A stretch of 64,000 nucleotides of DNA from Rhodospirillales bacterium. Its GTDB lineage: Bacteria; Pseudomonadota; Alphaproteobacteria; Acetobacterales; Acetobacteraceae. Both the position numbers and the translations under genes were made by a program. Positions 9,799-20,653 of this stretch are shown here, in pieces. The first letter of the stretch is position 1; every line of letters begins with the position of its first letter. The stretch lies in assembly GCA_028869595.1 (NCBI GenBank), contig JAGWRU010000053.1, forward strand, positions 3,674-67,673. The letters run 5' to 3'. The notes under the pieces are model-generated. The model searched no databases and was not told the DNA's origin. It worked only from the letters and a program-made list of their open reading frames with translations.

Positions 9799-12420
9799 TC
9801 AGCCCGCCCCGTCGGCGACGACGAAATTGACGATGCGGTTGGGCACATGCACGCGCTTGACGACGCGCCTACCCTCCAGCAGCCGGGCGACGTTCGGGTC
9901 CGCCTCGGCGGCGGCCAACACCTGCTCGGCCGGGCTGTCGGGCGGGAAGCTGACCGTGGCGCGCAGCTTGCCGCCGACCTGCACGGCGATCACCACCCGA
10001 TCGGCGGCGACCAGGGCGGGATCGGCTTCCGGCCAGGGCGATTGCGCCAGCATCGCGGCGTCGGCGCCATGCAGACGGGCATGCACTTCCTCGGCCAGAT
10101 GCGGCGTCATCGGGGCCATCAGGCGCACCAGCATGGCCATCGCTTCGCGCCGGGCCGCTGCCATTCCCGGCGCGTGCGCGTTGCGTTCCGCCTCGGCGAT
10201 CGCATTGGCGAATTCATGCAGGCGCGCCACGGCGACGTTGAAGGCAAACCCTTCCAGCGCGTCGGTCACGTTGGCAATGGTGCGATGGGTGATCTGGCGC
10301 AGCGTCCGTGCCGGTCCCTCGGCCTCATGCAACGGTGCCGTCGCCGGCAGCGTCTGCACCGCCTCGGCCAGGCGCATGACCCGCTGCACGAAGCGCCAGG
10401 CACCGGCAACGCCTGATTCGGTCCATTCCATGTCCCGCTCGGGCGGGTTGTCGGACAGGATGAACCAGCGCGCCGTATCGGCACCGAAGCGGGCGATGAT
10501 CGCGCCCGGATCGACCGTATTGCGCTTCGATTTGGACATCGCTTCTACGCGGCCGATGCTTACCGTCTCGCCCGTGTCGCGATGGGTCGCCGTCCCGTCC
10601 GCGGCAATCGCCACTTCCTCGGGGTAGAGCCAGCGCCCATCGGCGCCACGATAGCTCTCATGCGTCACCATGCCTTGGGTGAACAGGCCGGCGAACGGCT
10701 CCGACACATTCAGATGGCCGGTTTCACGCATCGCGCGGGTGAAGAAGCGCGAATAGAGCAGATGCAGGATCGCATGCTCGATGCCGCCAATATACTGATC
10801 GACCGGCATCCAGTGATCGACCGCGTCCCGCGCCACCGGCTCTGCCGCGCGGGGAGAGCAGAATCGGGCGAAATACCAGGAACTGTCGACGAAAGTGTCG
10901 AACGTATCCGTCTCCCGCCGCGCCGGGGCGGCGCAGCGCGGGCAGGCGACATGCTTCCAGCTGGGATGATGGTCGAGCGGGTTGCCCGGCTTGTCGAAGG
11001 TCACATCCTCGGGCAGGCGCACCGGCAGGTCGGCATCGGGGACCGGCACGACGCCGCAGGCATCGCAATGGATCACCGGGATCGGGCAGCCCCAATATCG
11101 CTGGCGGCTGACGCCCCAGTCGCGCAGGCGCCAATTGGTCACCCCTTCGCCGACACCCTGCGCGGCCAGCGCGTCGATCGCGGCGCGCTTGGCGGCATCG
11201 ACCTCCATCCCGTCCAGGAAGCCGGAATTCACCAGCGTTCCGGGTCCGGCATAGGCTTCCTTGGCGATCAGCGCCTCCGCCGCGTTGGCATCGCCGCCGG
11301 GGGCTACGACCGGGCGGATCGGCAGGGCGTATTTGCGGGCGAATTCGTAGTCGCGCTGGTCATGCGCCGGGCATCCGAAAATCGCCCCGGTGCCGTATTC
11401 CATCAGCACGAAATTGGCGATCCAGACGGGAAAACTCTGCTCCGGCAGGAAGGGATGACGGACGCGCAGACCGGTATCGAAACCCTGTTTCTCGGCGGTT
11501 TCGATCGCTGCCTCGCTGGTGCCCAGGCGGCGGCATTCGGCGATGAAGGCGGCTGCCTGCGGGTTGGTCTCGGCCAAGGCCGCGGCCAGCGGATGTTCCG
11601 GCGCCAGCGCCAGAAAGGACATGCCGAACAGCGTATCCGGGCGGGTGGTATAAACCTCCACCGTGTCGAGGCCGCCGGCCGGCGCGGTCAGCGCGAAGCG
11701 CAGCTTCGCCCCTTCGCTGCGTCCGATCCATTTGCTTTGCATCAGGCGCACGCGCTCGGGCCAGCGATCCAGCCCATCCAGCGCGGCAAGCAGGTCGGGG
11801 GCGTATTTCGTGATGCTCAGAAACCACTGGGAAAGCCGCTTCTTCTCCACCGGCGCGCCAGAGCGCCAGCCGCGCCCGTCGATCACCTGCTCGTTCGCCA
11901 GCACGGTGCCGTCCACCGGGTCCCAGTTGACCCAGCTTTCCTTGCGTTCCACCAGCCCGGCGCGCAGGAAGTCCAGAAACAGCTTCTGCTGATGGCCGTA
12001 ATATTCGGGATCGCAGGTCGCGAATTCGCGGCTCCAATCCAGCGACAAGCCCATGCGCTTCAGCTCGGCGCGCATATTGGCGATATTCTCGTATGTCCAT
12101 TTCGCCGGATGGGTGCGCCGCTCGCGCGCCGCGTTTTCCGCCGGCAGGCCGAACGCATCCCAGCCCATCGGGTGCATCACATCAAAGCCGCGCGCCCGCT
12201 TGTAGCGTGCGACCACGTCGCCCAGCGTGTAATTGCGCACATGCCCCATATGGATCTTGCCACTGGGGTATGGAAACATTTCAAGAACATAGTATTTCGG
12301 CTTGTCCGCCTGCGGCGCGTCGGCCACGCGAAAGCAGCCGGATTTGTCCCAGGCTTCCTGCCAGCGCAGTTCGGTGCCCTGGAAATCGTAGCGGGCAGCT
12401 TCGCCCTGCGTCTCGCTCAT
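9799..12420 (-). CDS. leuS: leucine--tRNA ligase
   Basis: 873 aa from [13 protein letters not shown]...WQEAWDK. HIGH-type motif [15 protein letters not shown] and KMSKS motif [10 protein letters not shown]. The track ORF (to 12726) carries a 102-codon Arg-rich N-terminal extension that overlaps the upstream gene and is not credible. Confidence 0.97.
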   Translation of the reverse strand: MSETQGEAARYDFQGTELRWQEAWDKSGCFRVADAPQADKPKYYVLEMFPYPSGKIHMGHVRNYTLGDVVARYKRARGFDVMHPMGWDAFGLPAENAARERRTHPAKWTYENIANMRAELKRMGLSLDWSREFATCDPEYYGHQQKLFLDFLRAGLVERKESWVNWDPVDGTVLANEQVIDGRGWRSGAPVEKKRLSQWFLSITKYAPDLLAALDGLDRWPERVRLMQSKWIGRSEGAKLRFALTAPAGGLDTVEVYTTRPDTLFGMSFLALAPEHPLAAALAETNPQAAAFIAECRRLGTSEAAIETAEKQGFDTGLRVRHPFLPEQSFPVWIANFVLMEYGTGAIFGCPAHDQRDYEFARKYALPIRPVVAPGGDANAAEALIAKEAYAGPGTLVNSGFLDGMEVDAAKRAAIDALAAQGVGEGVTNWRLRDWGVSRQRYWGCPIPVIHCDACGVVPVPDADLPVRLPEDVTFDKPGNPLDHHPSWKHVACPRCAAPARRETDTFDTFVDSSWYFARFCSPRAAEPVARDAVDHWMPVDQYIGGIEHAILHLLYSRFFTRAMRETGHLNVSEPFAGLFTQGMVTHESYRGADGRWLYPEEVAIAADGTATHRDTGETVSIGRVEAMSKSKRNTVDPGAIIARFGADTARWFILSDNPPERDMEWTESGVAGAWRFVQRVMRLAEAVQTLPATAPLHEAEGPARTLRQITHRTIANVTDALEGFAFNVAVARLHEFANAIAEAERNAHAPGMAAARREAMAMLVRLMAPMTPHLAEEVHARLHGADAAMLAQSPWPEADPALVAADRVVIAVQVGGKLRATVSFPPDSPAEQVLAAAEADPNVARLLEGRRVVKRVHVPNRIVNFVVADGAG

Positions 12421-12956
12421 CCGTTGGCGCTGCCGGTTGCCTGATCGCGAAGCTGGCGGGCGCGATCCAGCACTTTGTTTTCGATATCGCCCACCGTGGC
12501 CGGGCTGACATCGGCGTCTACCCATTGGCCGTTCTGCAATACCTGCCGGAAGATGGAGATGCGCACCCCGTCGGCCCGCAGCTGCCGGCCGAGAATATAG
12601 GCGGTTGCCTTGAAGCGTTCGCCGGTGACGCCGGGGGGCGAATACCAATCGGTGATGATCACCCCACCGAACGGATCGGCGGATGCCAGGGGCATGAAAC
12701 TGAGCGTATCGAGCGCGCCGCGCCACAGAAAGGCGTTCACCCCCAGCGCGCTTTGGTTGCCCTTGTTGCTGTTCTTGCCGACACCGAACGTGATGCCGTT
12801 ATCGCTCAGCAGCGACCCGCCGCCCTGATATCCCGGTTCGTTATTATATTCGCTGTCGGAAACCGGGCGCGAATTGGCGCAGCCCGCCAGCAGTAGCAGC
12901 CCCATTGCCGGGGCGATGATCCGGGAAGACGCGAGGAACGATCGCAGCACGGTCAT
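12417..12956 (-). CDS. DUF3576-like lipoprotein
   Basis: 179 aa with lipobox LLLAGC. The [30 protein letters not shown] block matches my recollection of the DUF3576 family commonly found upstream of leuS in alphaproteobacteria. Its stop overlaps the leuS start (ATGA). Confidence 0.6.
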   Translation of the reverse strand: MTVLRSFLASSRIIAPAMGLLLLAGCANSRPVSDSEYNNEPGYQGGGSLLSDNGITFGVGKNSNKGNQSALGVNAFLWRGALDTLSFMPLASADPFGGVIITDWYSPPGVTGERFKATAYILGRQLRADGVRISIFRQVLQNGQWVDADVSPATVGDIENKVLDRARQLRDQATGSANG

Positions 12957-13071
12957 ATCCTTGGCCAGAGATGGGGTCGCTTGCGCGAACCGGTCGCCTA
13001 TCTAGCCCGAAGCCCCGCTTGCGCCAAGTCGCGGCGGGCGAATGCTGCCGGGTTCGGCGATCAAAGAAGAC

Positions 13072-13104
13072 AAAATAAAACGGCGGGGGACGAACCCCCG
13101 CCGT
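13072..13104 (-). terminator. Rho-independent terminator of the porin gene
   Basis: On the minus strand: 9-bp GC stem CGGCGGGGG/CCCCCGCCG (13081-13089 / 13095-13103), 5-nt loop, then TTTTATTTT (13072-13080). Lies 38 nt after the porin stop. Confidence 0.8.
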
Positions 13105-13141
13105 TCCATATCCCGTTTCGGTTCAAGCGAACCGAAGCGGC

Positions 13142-14437
13142 TTACCACATGAAGCGCGTGCCCAGGGTGATGACCTGAGAATGCACTTCGTTGTTCGAGC
13201 CCGTGCCGGTGGCGCCGGTCAGCAGGTTCACGCCACCCTGACGGATATCGCCGTACAGGTAGGACAGGTAGGCCACCAGGCCCGGAGCGATGGCATAGGT
13301 GCCACCCGCCGCGACGCCGGTGTTCGAGCGCTGGGTGCCAACGCCGAACGTGCCCTGATCCTGATAGTTGAAGTAGGAGGCGCCGATCACGACCGGGCCG
13401 GTGGTGTACTGCGCACCGGCGATCCAGGCCACGCCCTGCTTGCCGCCCTTCGGCATCAGGCCCCACTGGCCGTTCATCTGGCCGCCTTCGACGTTGCCGC
13501 CGACGGTCACGCCCGCATAACTCAGCTCGAGGCCGAAATCGCCGACGCTCAGGCCGTCATACTTGTTCGGGCCAGAGGAGTTGGTGACATAGCCGGAGCC
13601 GATATAGGCCGCCGAAGCCGCCACGCCGAAGCCGGAGAAATTGCCGCGATAGCGACCGGCGACTTCCACCGTGTTCTTCGCCTGGGCAATGCCAGCAGCG
13701 CCCGCCGCGACGGAGGACTGCATCGCGCAACCCGTGTAGGCCGCGGTGCATCCGCCGCCATCCTGGATGCCGGCCTGGCTCGGCGCGAAGCTGATGCCGA
13801 AATCGAAGCCAGCGAGGTTCGGCGACAGGTATTCGATCTTGCCGGTGGTGTAGAGGTTGCCGACGTCGGCCCACGCCCAGACCGGCTGCACCGCACCCGG
13901 CACCATGGCCGGCACGTCGCCGTTCCAGCCACCGTCGTTGAAGCCTTCGAAGGTGCCCAGCAGGAACAGGGTGGCGGGACCGTCGGTCTGGCCGAAGCGG
14001 AACGTGCCGAGCTGATCGGTGCCCATGTAGACATAGTCACGACGCACGAACAGCGTGTTGTACGTGCTGTTGCCGCTGGCGCCAGCGCCGAAGCCGGTGC
14101 CCAGGGGCGAACCGAAATTCTGGCGGACTTCCAGGGACATACCATATTTCAGGCCGTTGGCGGCGAGGCCGTCAGCGCCGAAATACATACGGTTGTAGCC
14201 GACCATGCCCACGGCCGACTGCTTGTTGCCGGCGACGTTATTGGCGCTGGAGCCGGCGACACCGAAATACACGTTGGTGCGCAGGTCGATATGCACCACG
14301 ATCTGGCCGGGCGAGAGCTTGGCAACCGGCGGCACATACCAGGAACCGGCATCGGCAGTCGACTGGAACATGCTGGCGTGGGCCATGCCCAACGACGCGC
14401 CCAGCATGACCGTCGAGGTCAACAGGAGCTTGCGCAT
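13142..14437 (-). CDS. outer-membrane porin (general Gram-negative porin family)
   Basis: 431 aa with signal peptide MRKLLLTSTVMLGASLGMAHA. Gly/Tyr/Asn-rich alternating beta-strand pattern and C-terminal aromatic end TRFMW. Strong SD GAGGAGG upstream. Confidence 0.75.
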   Translation of the reverse strand: MRKLLLTSTVMLGASLGMAHASMFQSTADAGSWYVPPVAKLSPGQIVVHIDLRTNVYFGVAGSSANNVAGNKQSAVGMVGYNRMYFGADGLAANGLKYGMSLEVRQNFGSPLGTGFGAGASGNSTYNTLFVRRDYVYMGTDQLGTFRFGQTDGPATLFLLGTFEGFNDGGWNGDVPAMVPGAVQPVWAWADVGNLYTTGKIEYLSPNLAGFDFGISFAPSQAGIQDGGGCTAAYTGCAMQSSVAAGAAGIAQAKNTVEVAGRYRGNFSGFGVAASAAYIGSGYVTNSSGPNKYDGLSVGDFGLELSYAGVTVGGNVEGGQMNGQWGLMPKGGKQGVAWIAGAQYTTGPVVIGASYFNYQDQGTFGVGTQRSNTGVAAGGTYAIAPGLVAYLSYLYGDIRQGGVNLLTGATGTGSNNEVHSQVITLGTRFMW

Positions 14438-14658
14438 TCAATCCTCCTCATAGCCGGGAACGCACCCCCGGCGGTGTTTGCAGGCCGTGCCCCGCCCCAT
14501 CGTCCACCCGGACGCCCAACAAGGACGCTCCCACGGCTTGGGATAGCCAGACCTGGAGCGAAGTATTGGCGGGAGTTTCCCAGACCCGCAACGGCAGACC
14601 GGGGCGAGTCATGGCATTCTCGAAACACTGTTGCGCGTCAGCCACAGATTTCGGCCGG

Positions 14659-15246
14659 TCAGGCCGGGCGCAGCGCCCCGATCGCCCCCACCGCCGCAGC
14701 CCGGCGCCCCAGCCGCCGCACATTGGCCGCGCCCACGCCCCCCAATGCCGCGACCGCCAGTCCCGCCCGCCCGGCCAGCGCGGCGAAACGCACCGCACCC
14801 AGCGTCGGCGCGCCGGGATGGCTGTCCGTGGCGAAGACCGGTGACAGGAAAACAAGCGCCAAGCCTGCCCTGCGTGCCCGCACCAGCCCGGGCACGCCAT
14901 GGGCCGAACCGGTGCGAAGCCCGGTCCGCCTTGTTGCAAGGTCGGGCCGGCGCCCTTCCCGCCAATGCGTGCCGGCGCCCAGCCTGGCGGCCAGCCTGCC
15001 ATCGCCGGCCACCGCCAGCGCCAGGCGCCGCGTCCGGCACAAGGCCGCCAGGGCCCGGCCCAGGCGCAGTTGCTCCGCCGCGCCCAGCCCTTCCGGCCGA
15101 TAGATCACGCCGGCCGCGCCGCGCGGCAGCGCCGCCACCGCCGCCAGCGGATCGGCCATCCGGCGCGCATCGGTGAACAGCCACAAAGCCGGAATCGCCG
15201 AACGCTCCGCCCGCGCCGCCGCCCAGCGCCTCAATCCGTGCTCCAT
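14659..15246 (-). CDS. thiamine phosphate synthase (TMP-TENI) family protein
   Basis: ~195 aa from MEHGLRRW. LWLFTD..., GVIYRPEG, LAVAGDGRLAARLGAGTHW, FLSPVFATDSHPG and AALGGV fit the ThiE/TenI fold pattern. The rest of track ORF 14659..15915 is antisense to yggS. Confidence 0.7.
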   Translation of the reverse strand: MEHGLRRWAAARAERSAIPALWLFTDARRMADPLAAVAALPRGAAGVIYRPEGLGAAEQLRLGRALAALCRTRRLALAVAGDGRLAARLGAGTHWREGRRPDLATRRTGLRTGSAHGVPGLVRARRAGLALVFLSPVFATDSHPGAPTLGAVRFAALAGRAGLAVAALGGVGAANVRRLGRRAAAVGAIGALRPA

Positions 15247-15339
15247 TCCCACTCCTTGCACCTTAACTATAGAGCGCGGGTCGCCAGCGTCATCGCCCGG
15301 CGCTTGACCGGGCCCCGCCCGCCCGCCCAGTTTGCGTCC

Positions 15340-16053
15340 ATGGTCCCGATCGCAGCCCCCAGCCCCATTGCCGCCAATCTTGCCCGGGTGCGGGCCGAGA
15401 TTGCCGCCGCCGCCACCGCCGCCGGACGTCCACCCGGATCGGTATCGCTGATCGCGGTATCCAAGACCAAACCCCAGGACGATGTGCGGGCAGCCCTCGC
15501 CGCCGGGCAGCGCCTGTTCGGCGAGAACCGGGTGCAGGAAGCGGCCGCCAAATTCCCGCCGCTGCGCGCCGCGTGGCCGGAGATGCGCCTGCATCTGATC
15601 GGCGGATTGCAGACCAACAAGGCGCGGGATGCGGTGCGCATCGCCGATGTCATCCAGACGCTCGACCGCCCGCGCCTGGCCGATGCGCTGGCCGATGCGA
15701 TCCAGCGCGAAGGCCGCCATCCCGATCTGATGGTGGAGGTCAATCTGGGCGACGAGCCGCAGAAATCCGGCATTCCCCGGGCCGAGGCCGATGCTTTCAT
15801 CGCGGCCTGCCAGGCCCGCTTCGGTGCCAGGCTGGTCGGATTGATGGGCGTTCCGCCGGCGGATGCCGATCCGGCGCCCTATTTTGCAGCCCTCGCCGAG
15901 GCCGCGCGCCGGCACGGCCTGGCCCAGCTTTCGATCGGCATGTCGGGCGATTTTCCCGCGGCCATCGCCGTCGGTGCCACCATGGTGCGGGTCGGCAGCG
16001 CGATTTTCGGCACTCGCCCGCCGCCCCCGCCGCCGCCGGAGCGCGCGGCGTGA
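15340..16053 (+). CDS. yggS: YggS family pyridoxal-phosphate homeostasis protein
   Basis: LIAVSKTKP (PLP lysine), [27 protein letters not shown]. Starts at ATG 15340 inside track ORF 14899..16053. Confidence 0.88.
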   Translation: MVPIAAPSPIAANLARVRAEIAAAATAAGRPPGSVSLIAVSKTKPQDDVRAALAAGQRLFGENRVQEAAAKFPPLRAAWPEMRLHLIGGLQTNKARDAVRIADVIQTLDRPRLADALADAIQREGRHPDLMVEVNLGDEPQKSGIPRAEADAFIAACQARFGARLVGLMGVPPADADPAPYFAALAEAARRHGLAQLSIGMSGDFPAAIAVGATMVRVGSAIFGTRPPPPPPPERAA

Positions 16054-16135
16054 GCGTTGTCTTTACGGCGGCGGAAGCGTATCCGTCCGCCCGCCCGGCC
16101 ATCCGCCCCCCGGCCCCGTGGCGCAAGGAGCGTGC

Positions 16136-18019
16136 ATGACTGCAACCCAGGATCGGCGCGCCGGCCTGCCCTCCATCCGCCTGCTGCTGGGCGTGCTGGG
16201 CGTGGTCTATGGCGATATCGGCACCAGCCCGCTTTACGCCTTCAAAAGCAGCCTGCAATTCTTCTCTCACGCGCCGCTGACCAATGTGGAGATCCTGGGC
16301 GTCCTATCGCTGATCTTCTGGTCGCTGGTGCTGATCGTCACAGTCAAATACGTGATGCTGGTGATGCGCGCCGATAACCATGGCGAAGGCGGCATTCTGG
16401 CGCTGATGGCACTGGCCCAGCGGGTTTCCGCCGGCAGCCAGATGCGCAGCGTGCTGGCCTTTGTCGGCATTGCCGGGGCTTGTCTGTTCTTCGGCGACGG
16501 GTTGATCACGCCGGCCATTTCGGTCCTCTCGGCAGTGGAAGGGCTGGAGGTATCGGCCCCGGGTCTGCGCGAATACGTGCTGCCGATCTGCGTCGTGGTG
16601 ATCGTCGTGCTGTTCGCCGTGCAGTGGCGCGGTACCCAGACGGTCGGGCGGGTTTTCGGCCCGGTCATGGTGGTGTGGTTCCTGGCCATCGGGCTGCTCG
16701 GCCTGGGCGAGATCCTGCACCATCCTCTCGTGCTGATGGCGGTCTCCCCCAGCTTTGCCGTGGCGCTGTGCGTGCATTACGGGCGCATGGCGTTCATCGT
16801 GCTGGGCGCCGTCGTGCTGTGTGTCACCGGCGCGGAAGCGCTGTACGCCGATATGGGCCATTTCGGCGCCGCGCCCATCCGCATCAGCTGGACATTCTTC
16901 GTGCTGCCCTCCCTGGTGCTGAATTATTTCGGCCAGGGCGCGCTGATCATCAGCCATCCGGCGGCGATCGAAAATCCGTTCTTCCTGCTGGGGCCGCATT
17001 GGCTGCATCTGCCGATGGTGGTGTTGGCCACGGCGGCCACCGTGATCGCCAGCCAGGCACTGATCTCCGGCGCCTATTCCATGACGCGGCAATGCGTACA
17101 GCTCGGTTTTCTGCCGCGCATGACGGTACGCCATACCTCCGAGACCGAGGAGGGCCAGATCTACATGCCCCAGGTCAATGCCGGGCTGTTGATCGGCGTG
17201 CTGGTGCTGGTTCTGTCCTTCAAGACCAGCGACAATCTGGCCGCGGCCTATGGCATCGCGGTGACCGGCACCTTCCTGTGCACCTGCGTGCTGGCCACCG
17301 TGGTGTTTCGCCGGCAGTACCATTGGCGGCGCTGGCAGGCGCTGGCCGTATTCGGCGGCTTCTTCGTCATCGACAGCATCTTCTTCGGCGCCAACGCGCT
17401 GAAAATTCCCGAAGGCGGCTGGGTGCCGTTGATCCTCGGTCTCGCTTTGATGGCGCTGATGACCTCGTGGAAGCGCGGGCGCGATCTGCTGCTGGCGCGC
17501 TGGCGCCAGGACAGCCTGCCGCTGGCGTCCTTCCTTGCCCGATTGCCGCAATCGCGCACGGTGCGGGTGCCGGGCATGGCGGTGTTCCTGACTGGCAATC
17601 CCGATTACGTGCCGGCCGCCCTGCTGCACAATCTGAAACACAACAAGGTGCTGCATGAACGGGTGCTGTTCGTCACCGTGCAGAACCTGGACGAGCCGGA
17701 AGTGCGCGGCGACGCGCGCATGCAGATCACCGAGCTGGCCCCCGGCATCCATCGCGTCGAATTACGCTACGGCTTCATGGAAAGCCCGAATATCCCGCGC
17801 GCGCTGGAGGATTTGAAAAATCGCGGCATCGCCTTCGAGCCGATGCAGGCCAGCTACTTCCTGGGTCGCGAAGTGCTGGTCCAGGCGATGGTGCCCAAAA
17901 TGCCGATCTGGCGCCTGTGGCTGTTCCTGGTGATGGCCCGCAACGCCGTCTCGGCCACCGAATTCTTCCGCATCCCCAGCGACCGCGTGGTGGAGCTGGG
18001 CGTGCGCGTGGCCATCTGA
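16136..18019 (+). CDS. kup: potassium uptake protein Kup (KUP/HAK/KT family)
   Basis: 627 aa from [55 protein letters not shown] lies 6 nt upstream of ATG 16136. Confidence 0.95.
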   Translation: MTATQDRRAGLPSIRLLLGVLGVVYGDIGTSPLYAFKSSLQFFSHAPLTNVEILGVLSLIFWSLVLIVTVKYVMLVMRADNHGEGGILALMALAQRVSAGSQMRSVLAFVGIAGACLFFGDGLITPAISVLSAVEGLEVSAPGLREYVLPICVVVIVVLFAVQWRGTQTVGRVFGPVMVVWFLAIGLLGLGEILHHPLVLMAVSPSFAVALCVHYGRMAFIVLGAVVLCVTGAEALYADMGHFGAAPIRISWTFFVLPSLVLNYFGQGALIISHPAAIENPFFLLGPHWLHLPMVVLATAATVIASQALISGAYSMTRQCVQLGFLPRMTVRHTSETEEGQIYMPQVNAGLLIGVLVLVLSFKTSDNLAAAYGIAVTGTFLCTCVLATVVFRRQYHWRRWQALAVFGGFFVIDSIFFGANALKIPEGGWVPLILGLALMALMTSWKRGRDLLLARWRQDSLPLASFLARLPQSRTVRVPGMAVFLTGNPDYVPAALLHNLKHNKVLHERVLFVTVQNLDEPEVRGDARMQITELAPGIHRVELRYGFMESPNIPRALEDLKNRGIAFEPMQASYFLGREVLVQAMVPKMPIWRLWLFLVMARNAVSATEFFRIPSDRVVELGVRVAI

Positions 18020-18025
18020 CCCACC

Positions 18026-19954
18026 ATGGCGGGCCCCGACATCCTGGCGCAGCAATTACAGGAAGGGGTGCAGCGCCATCGCGCCGGCGCGCTGGATCAG
18101 GCCGGCGCGATCTATGACCGGGTGCTGGCGCATGCGCCAGCCAATGCCGAGGCGCTGCATCTTTCCGGCGTGCTGGCGCTGGATCGTGGCGAGGTGGATC
18201 GCGCCCTGACGCTGCTCCGTCTGGCGCGCGGGCTGATGCCCTATTCGGCAACCGTGCTGGCGGCGATCGGCGCCGCCCATGCGGCGAAGGGCGACACCGC
18301 CCAGGCGATCGCATTCCATCGCCGCGCCCTGGCCCAGGATGGGGACCTGGCCATCGCCCATCTGCGGCTCGGCGAATTGCTGTTTGCCTCGGGCGAGGCG
18401 TTGCAGGCCGCAACCCATGCCGCCGCCGCCGTCACCGCCGATCCGACCCTGGGCGAGGCCTGGGGGCTGACCGGACGCATCGCCGCGCAGCAGAGCATGC
18501 ATCGCGATGCCGCCATCGCGTTTCGAGAGGCGTTGTTGCGCCTGCCGCATCGGGCCGATCTGCACGCCGCGCTCGGCAATGCGCTGCTGGCGCAGGGCGA
18601 CGGCGCGGCGGCGGCGGAGAAATTTCACGACGCGCTGGCGATCAACGCCGACGACCCCGAGGCATTGCTGGGCTGCGCCCGCGCACGGATCGCCGCGGAA
18701 GATGTCGACGCCGCCATCGACCAATTGCACCAGGTCGTGACGCTCGCGCCGGATCACGCCGATGCCTGGAACACGCTGGGGGACGCGCTTTCCGTGCGCG
18801 GCGATACCGAAGCGGCGATCGCCGCCTTCCGCCGTGTCGTCGCCCTGCGTCCCGATGCGGCGCCGGCCTGGCGCAGCCTTGCCGCGGCTGCGGCGGTCGA
18901 ATACGACCCGGCATTGATCGCGCGCCTGCAAAGCCAGTTCGCGGATCCGGCGCTGCCGATGGAACAGCAGCTCGCCGCCGCCTTCGCCGCCGCCATGATC
19001 CTCGACCGGCACGGGCGGGAGGAGGAGGCGTTTCCCATCCAGGCCGCCGCCAAGGCGCGCCTGCGCCGGGCCGAGGCCGAGGCCGGGCGTATCTTCGATC
19101 CCGATATTCTCGCGCGCTATGTCGGCCATCGCATCGAGACCATGGGTCGCAGCTTCCTGGCTGCGGCGCGCGACGGCGTGCCGCGCGTTTCGCTGCCGGT
19201 TTTCGTGGTCGGCATGCCGCGTTCCGGTACCACGCTGGTCGAGCAGATTCTCGCCAGCCATCCGGCCATTCACGGGGTTGGCGAAGGGCCCAGCATCGGC
19301 GCGCTGGAATCGAAGCTGCCGCGCCTGCCCGAGGGGTTCGACCCGGCGCGCTGGGCCCCCGATCTGGCGCAGGAAGTGGCGCGCGACCATCTGGCGCGCC
19401 TGGCCGCCGCAGCGCCGCAAGGCACGCTGCGCATCGTCGATAAGACGCCCGACAATATCTTCCATGTCGGGCTGATCGCCGCCCTGTTCCCCGGCGCGCG
19501 GATCATTTTCTGCGAGCGCGATCCCCGCGATATCTGCCTGTCCTGCTATTTCCAATGGTTCAAGGAACCGCTGGCCTTCGCCAATGATCTGGCCGATTGC
19601 GCAACGCGGCTGATGGCCGTCGACCGGCTGCGCCGGCACTGGAACCGGGTTCTGCCGCAACCGATGCTGACCCTGCGCTATGAACGCCTGATCGCGGCCC
19701 CCGAGGCGGAGGCGCGGCGCCTGATCGCCTTTCTCGGTCTCGATTGGGATCCGGCCTGTCTCGATTTCCATCGCAACGGCCGCGCGGTGCGATCTTCGTC
19801 GCTGTGGCAGGTGCGCCGGCCGATCTATGACCGCTCGGTCGGGCGCTGGCAGCGCTACCGGCGGTTCCTGGCGCCGCTTCTATCGGCGTTCGGCGATGCC
19901 GAGCAGCCGGCGATCTGGCCGGACGAGGCGGGGGCACTTCCTACGGCTTCGTAA
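18026..19954 (+). CDS. TPR-repeat / sulfotransferase-domain protein
   Basis: 642 aa. The N-terminal ~330 aa are TPR-like Ala-rich repeats. The C-terminus has the PAPS 5'-phosphosulfate loop VVGMPRSGTTLVEQIL and the 3'-phosphate motif ERDPRDICLSCY. Starts 6 nt after the kup stop. Confidence 0.8.
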   Translation: MAGPDILAQQLQEGVQRHRAGALDQAGAIYDRVLAHAPANAEALHLSGVLALDRGEVDRALTLLRLARGLMPYSATVLAAIGAAHAAKGDTAQAIAFHRRALAQDGDLAIAHLRLGELLFASGEALQAATHAAAAVTADPTLGEAWGLTGRIAAQQSMHRDAAIAFREALLRLPHRADLHAALGNALLAQGDGAAAAEKFHDALAINADDPEALLGCARARIAAEDVDAAIDQLHQVVTLAPDHADAWNTLGDALSVRGDTEAAIAAFRRVVALRPDAAPAWRSLAAAAAVEYDPALIARLQSQFADPALPMEQQLAAAFAAAMILDRHGREEEAFPIQAAAKARLRRAEAEAGRIFDPDILARYVGHRIETMGRSFLAAARDGVPRVSLPVFVVGMPRSGTTLVEQILASHPAIHGVGEGPSIGALESKLPRLPEGFDPARWAPDLAQEVARDHLARLAAAAPQGTLRIVDKTPDNIFHVGLIAALFPGARIIFCERDPRDICLSCYFQWFKEPLAFANDLADCATRLMAVDRLRRHWNRVLPQPMLTLRYERLIAAPEAEARRLIAFLGLDWDPACLDFHRNGRAVRSSSLWQVRRPIYDRSVGRWQRYRRFLAPLLSAFGDAEQPAIWPDEAGALPTAS

Positions 19955-20187
19955 TGTCGCGGCATGAATGCCGACACGCGGGCACGCGCATACTCCGCAT
20001 CCTGTCGTCGGGACAGGCGGCGGTGCGATCGAGGCGCGCGCATCCGGGGGCCGCTCCCCTGGCGGTACCTCGGAAAGCGTTTGCGATCGCACCGCCCGCA
20101 TCCCGGCGACAGGAGCGTGACGGCACGGTCTGGGCAAATCCCGCCCCGGCCCTGCGCGCCACCGGCCGCAAGAAAGGTCCGGGCGAC

Positions 20188-20601
20188 ATGAGCTTCCTCG
20201 ACGAAAACGACGATCTGGCTGCTGTGCTGCGCACCGCCATCGTGGAACTGGTGCGACGAGACGGTGCCGATCTGTCGGCACGGCAGATGGCCGTGTTTCT
20301 GACCTGCTATCTGGAAAACGAGGCACAGACCGTGCGCGGATTGGCGGCGCGGTTGAACGTGTCGAAGCCCGCGATCACCCGCGCGCTCGACCGCCTGACC
20401 GAGTTCGATCTGGTGCGCCGCAAGGCCGATCCGCTGGATCGGCGCAGCGTGCTGGTGCAGCGCACCCCGGCGGGCGCGACTTATCTGCGCGATCTGCGCG
20501 CGATTCTGACCGATGCCGCCAAGAAGCCCAACGGCACCGCCCCCGCCGCGACCCCGGTGGTCGAACGGATGGCCATGCCGATGATGCGCGCCGCCCACTA
20601 A
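20188..20601 (+). CDS. MarR family transcriptional regulator
   Basis: 137 aa from MSFLDENDD. Winged-helix block LSARQMAVFLTCY...TVRGLAARLNVSKPAITRALDRLTEFDLVRRKADPLDRRSVLV. The upstream in-frame extension to 19954 is Arg-rich and non-protein-like. Confidence 0.75.
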   Translation: MSFLDENDDLAAVLRTAIVELVRRDGADLSARQMAVFLTCYLENEAQTVRGLAARLNVSKPAITRALDRLTEFDLVRRKADPLDRRSVLVQRTPAGATYLRDLRAILTDAAKKPNGTAPAATPVVERMAMPMMRAAH

Positions 20602-20653
20602 GGGCGGTTACCCATCACCCAAGACGCGCGTCAGGCAGGCGGATCGCCCCGGC

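Noticed and set aside
12421-12726. A 102-codon N-terminal extension of leuS in the track, with similar over-extensions for maeB, kup, prs, yggS, the amidase, the AKR, holA and MarR.
   Set aside because: The extensions are Arg-rich, overlap neighbouring real genes, and precede internal Met codons that give canonical family N-termini. These internal starts often have an SD or an ATGA coupling.
14438-14658. A 221-nt leader upstream of the porin gene, and the 93-nt region upstream of the ThiE-like gene. I examined both for riboswitch-like elements (TPP and others).
   Set aside because: I found no recognisable conserved riboswitch cores (for example the TPP CUGAGA...ACCUGAUCUGGAUAAUGCCAGCG pattern) and no leader terminator.
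13181-15103. A 640-aa plus-strand ORF, together with the overlapping Pro/Arg-rich frames between 14448 and 15184.
   Set aside because: It is antisense to the porin and the ThiE-like gene, has low-complexity composition, and has no start or SD context.
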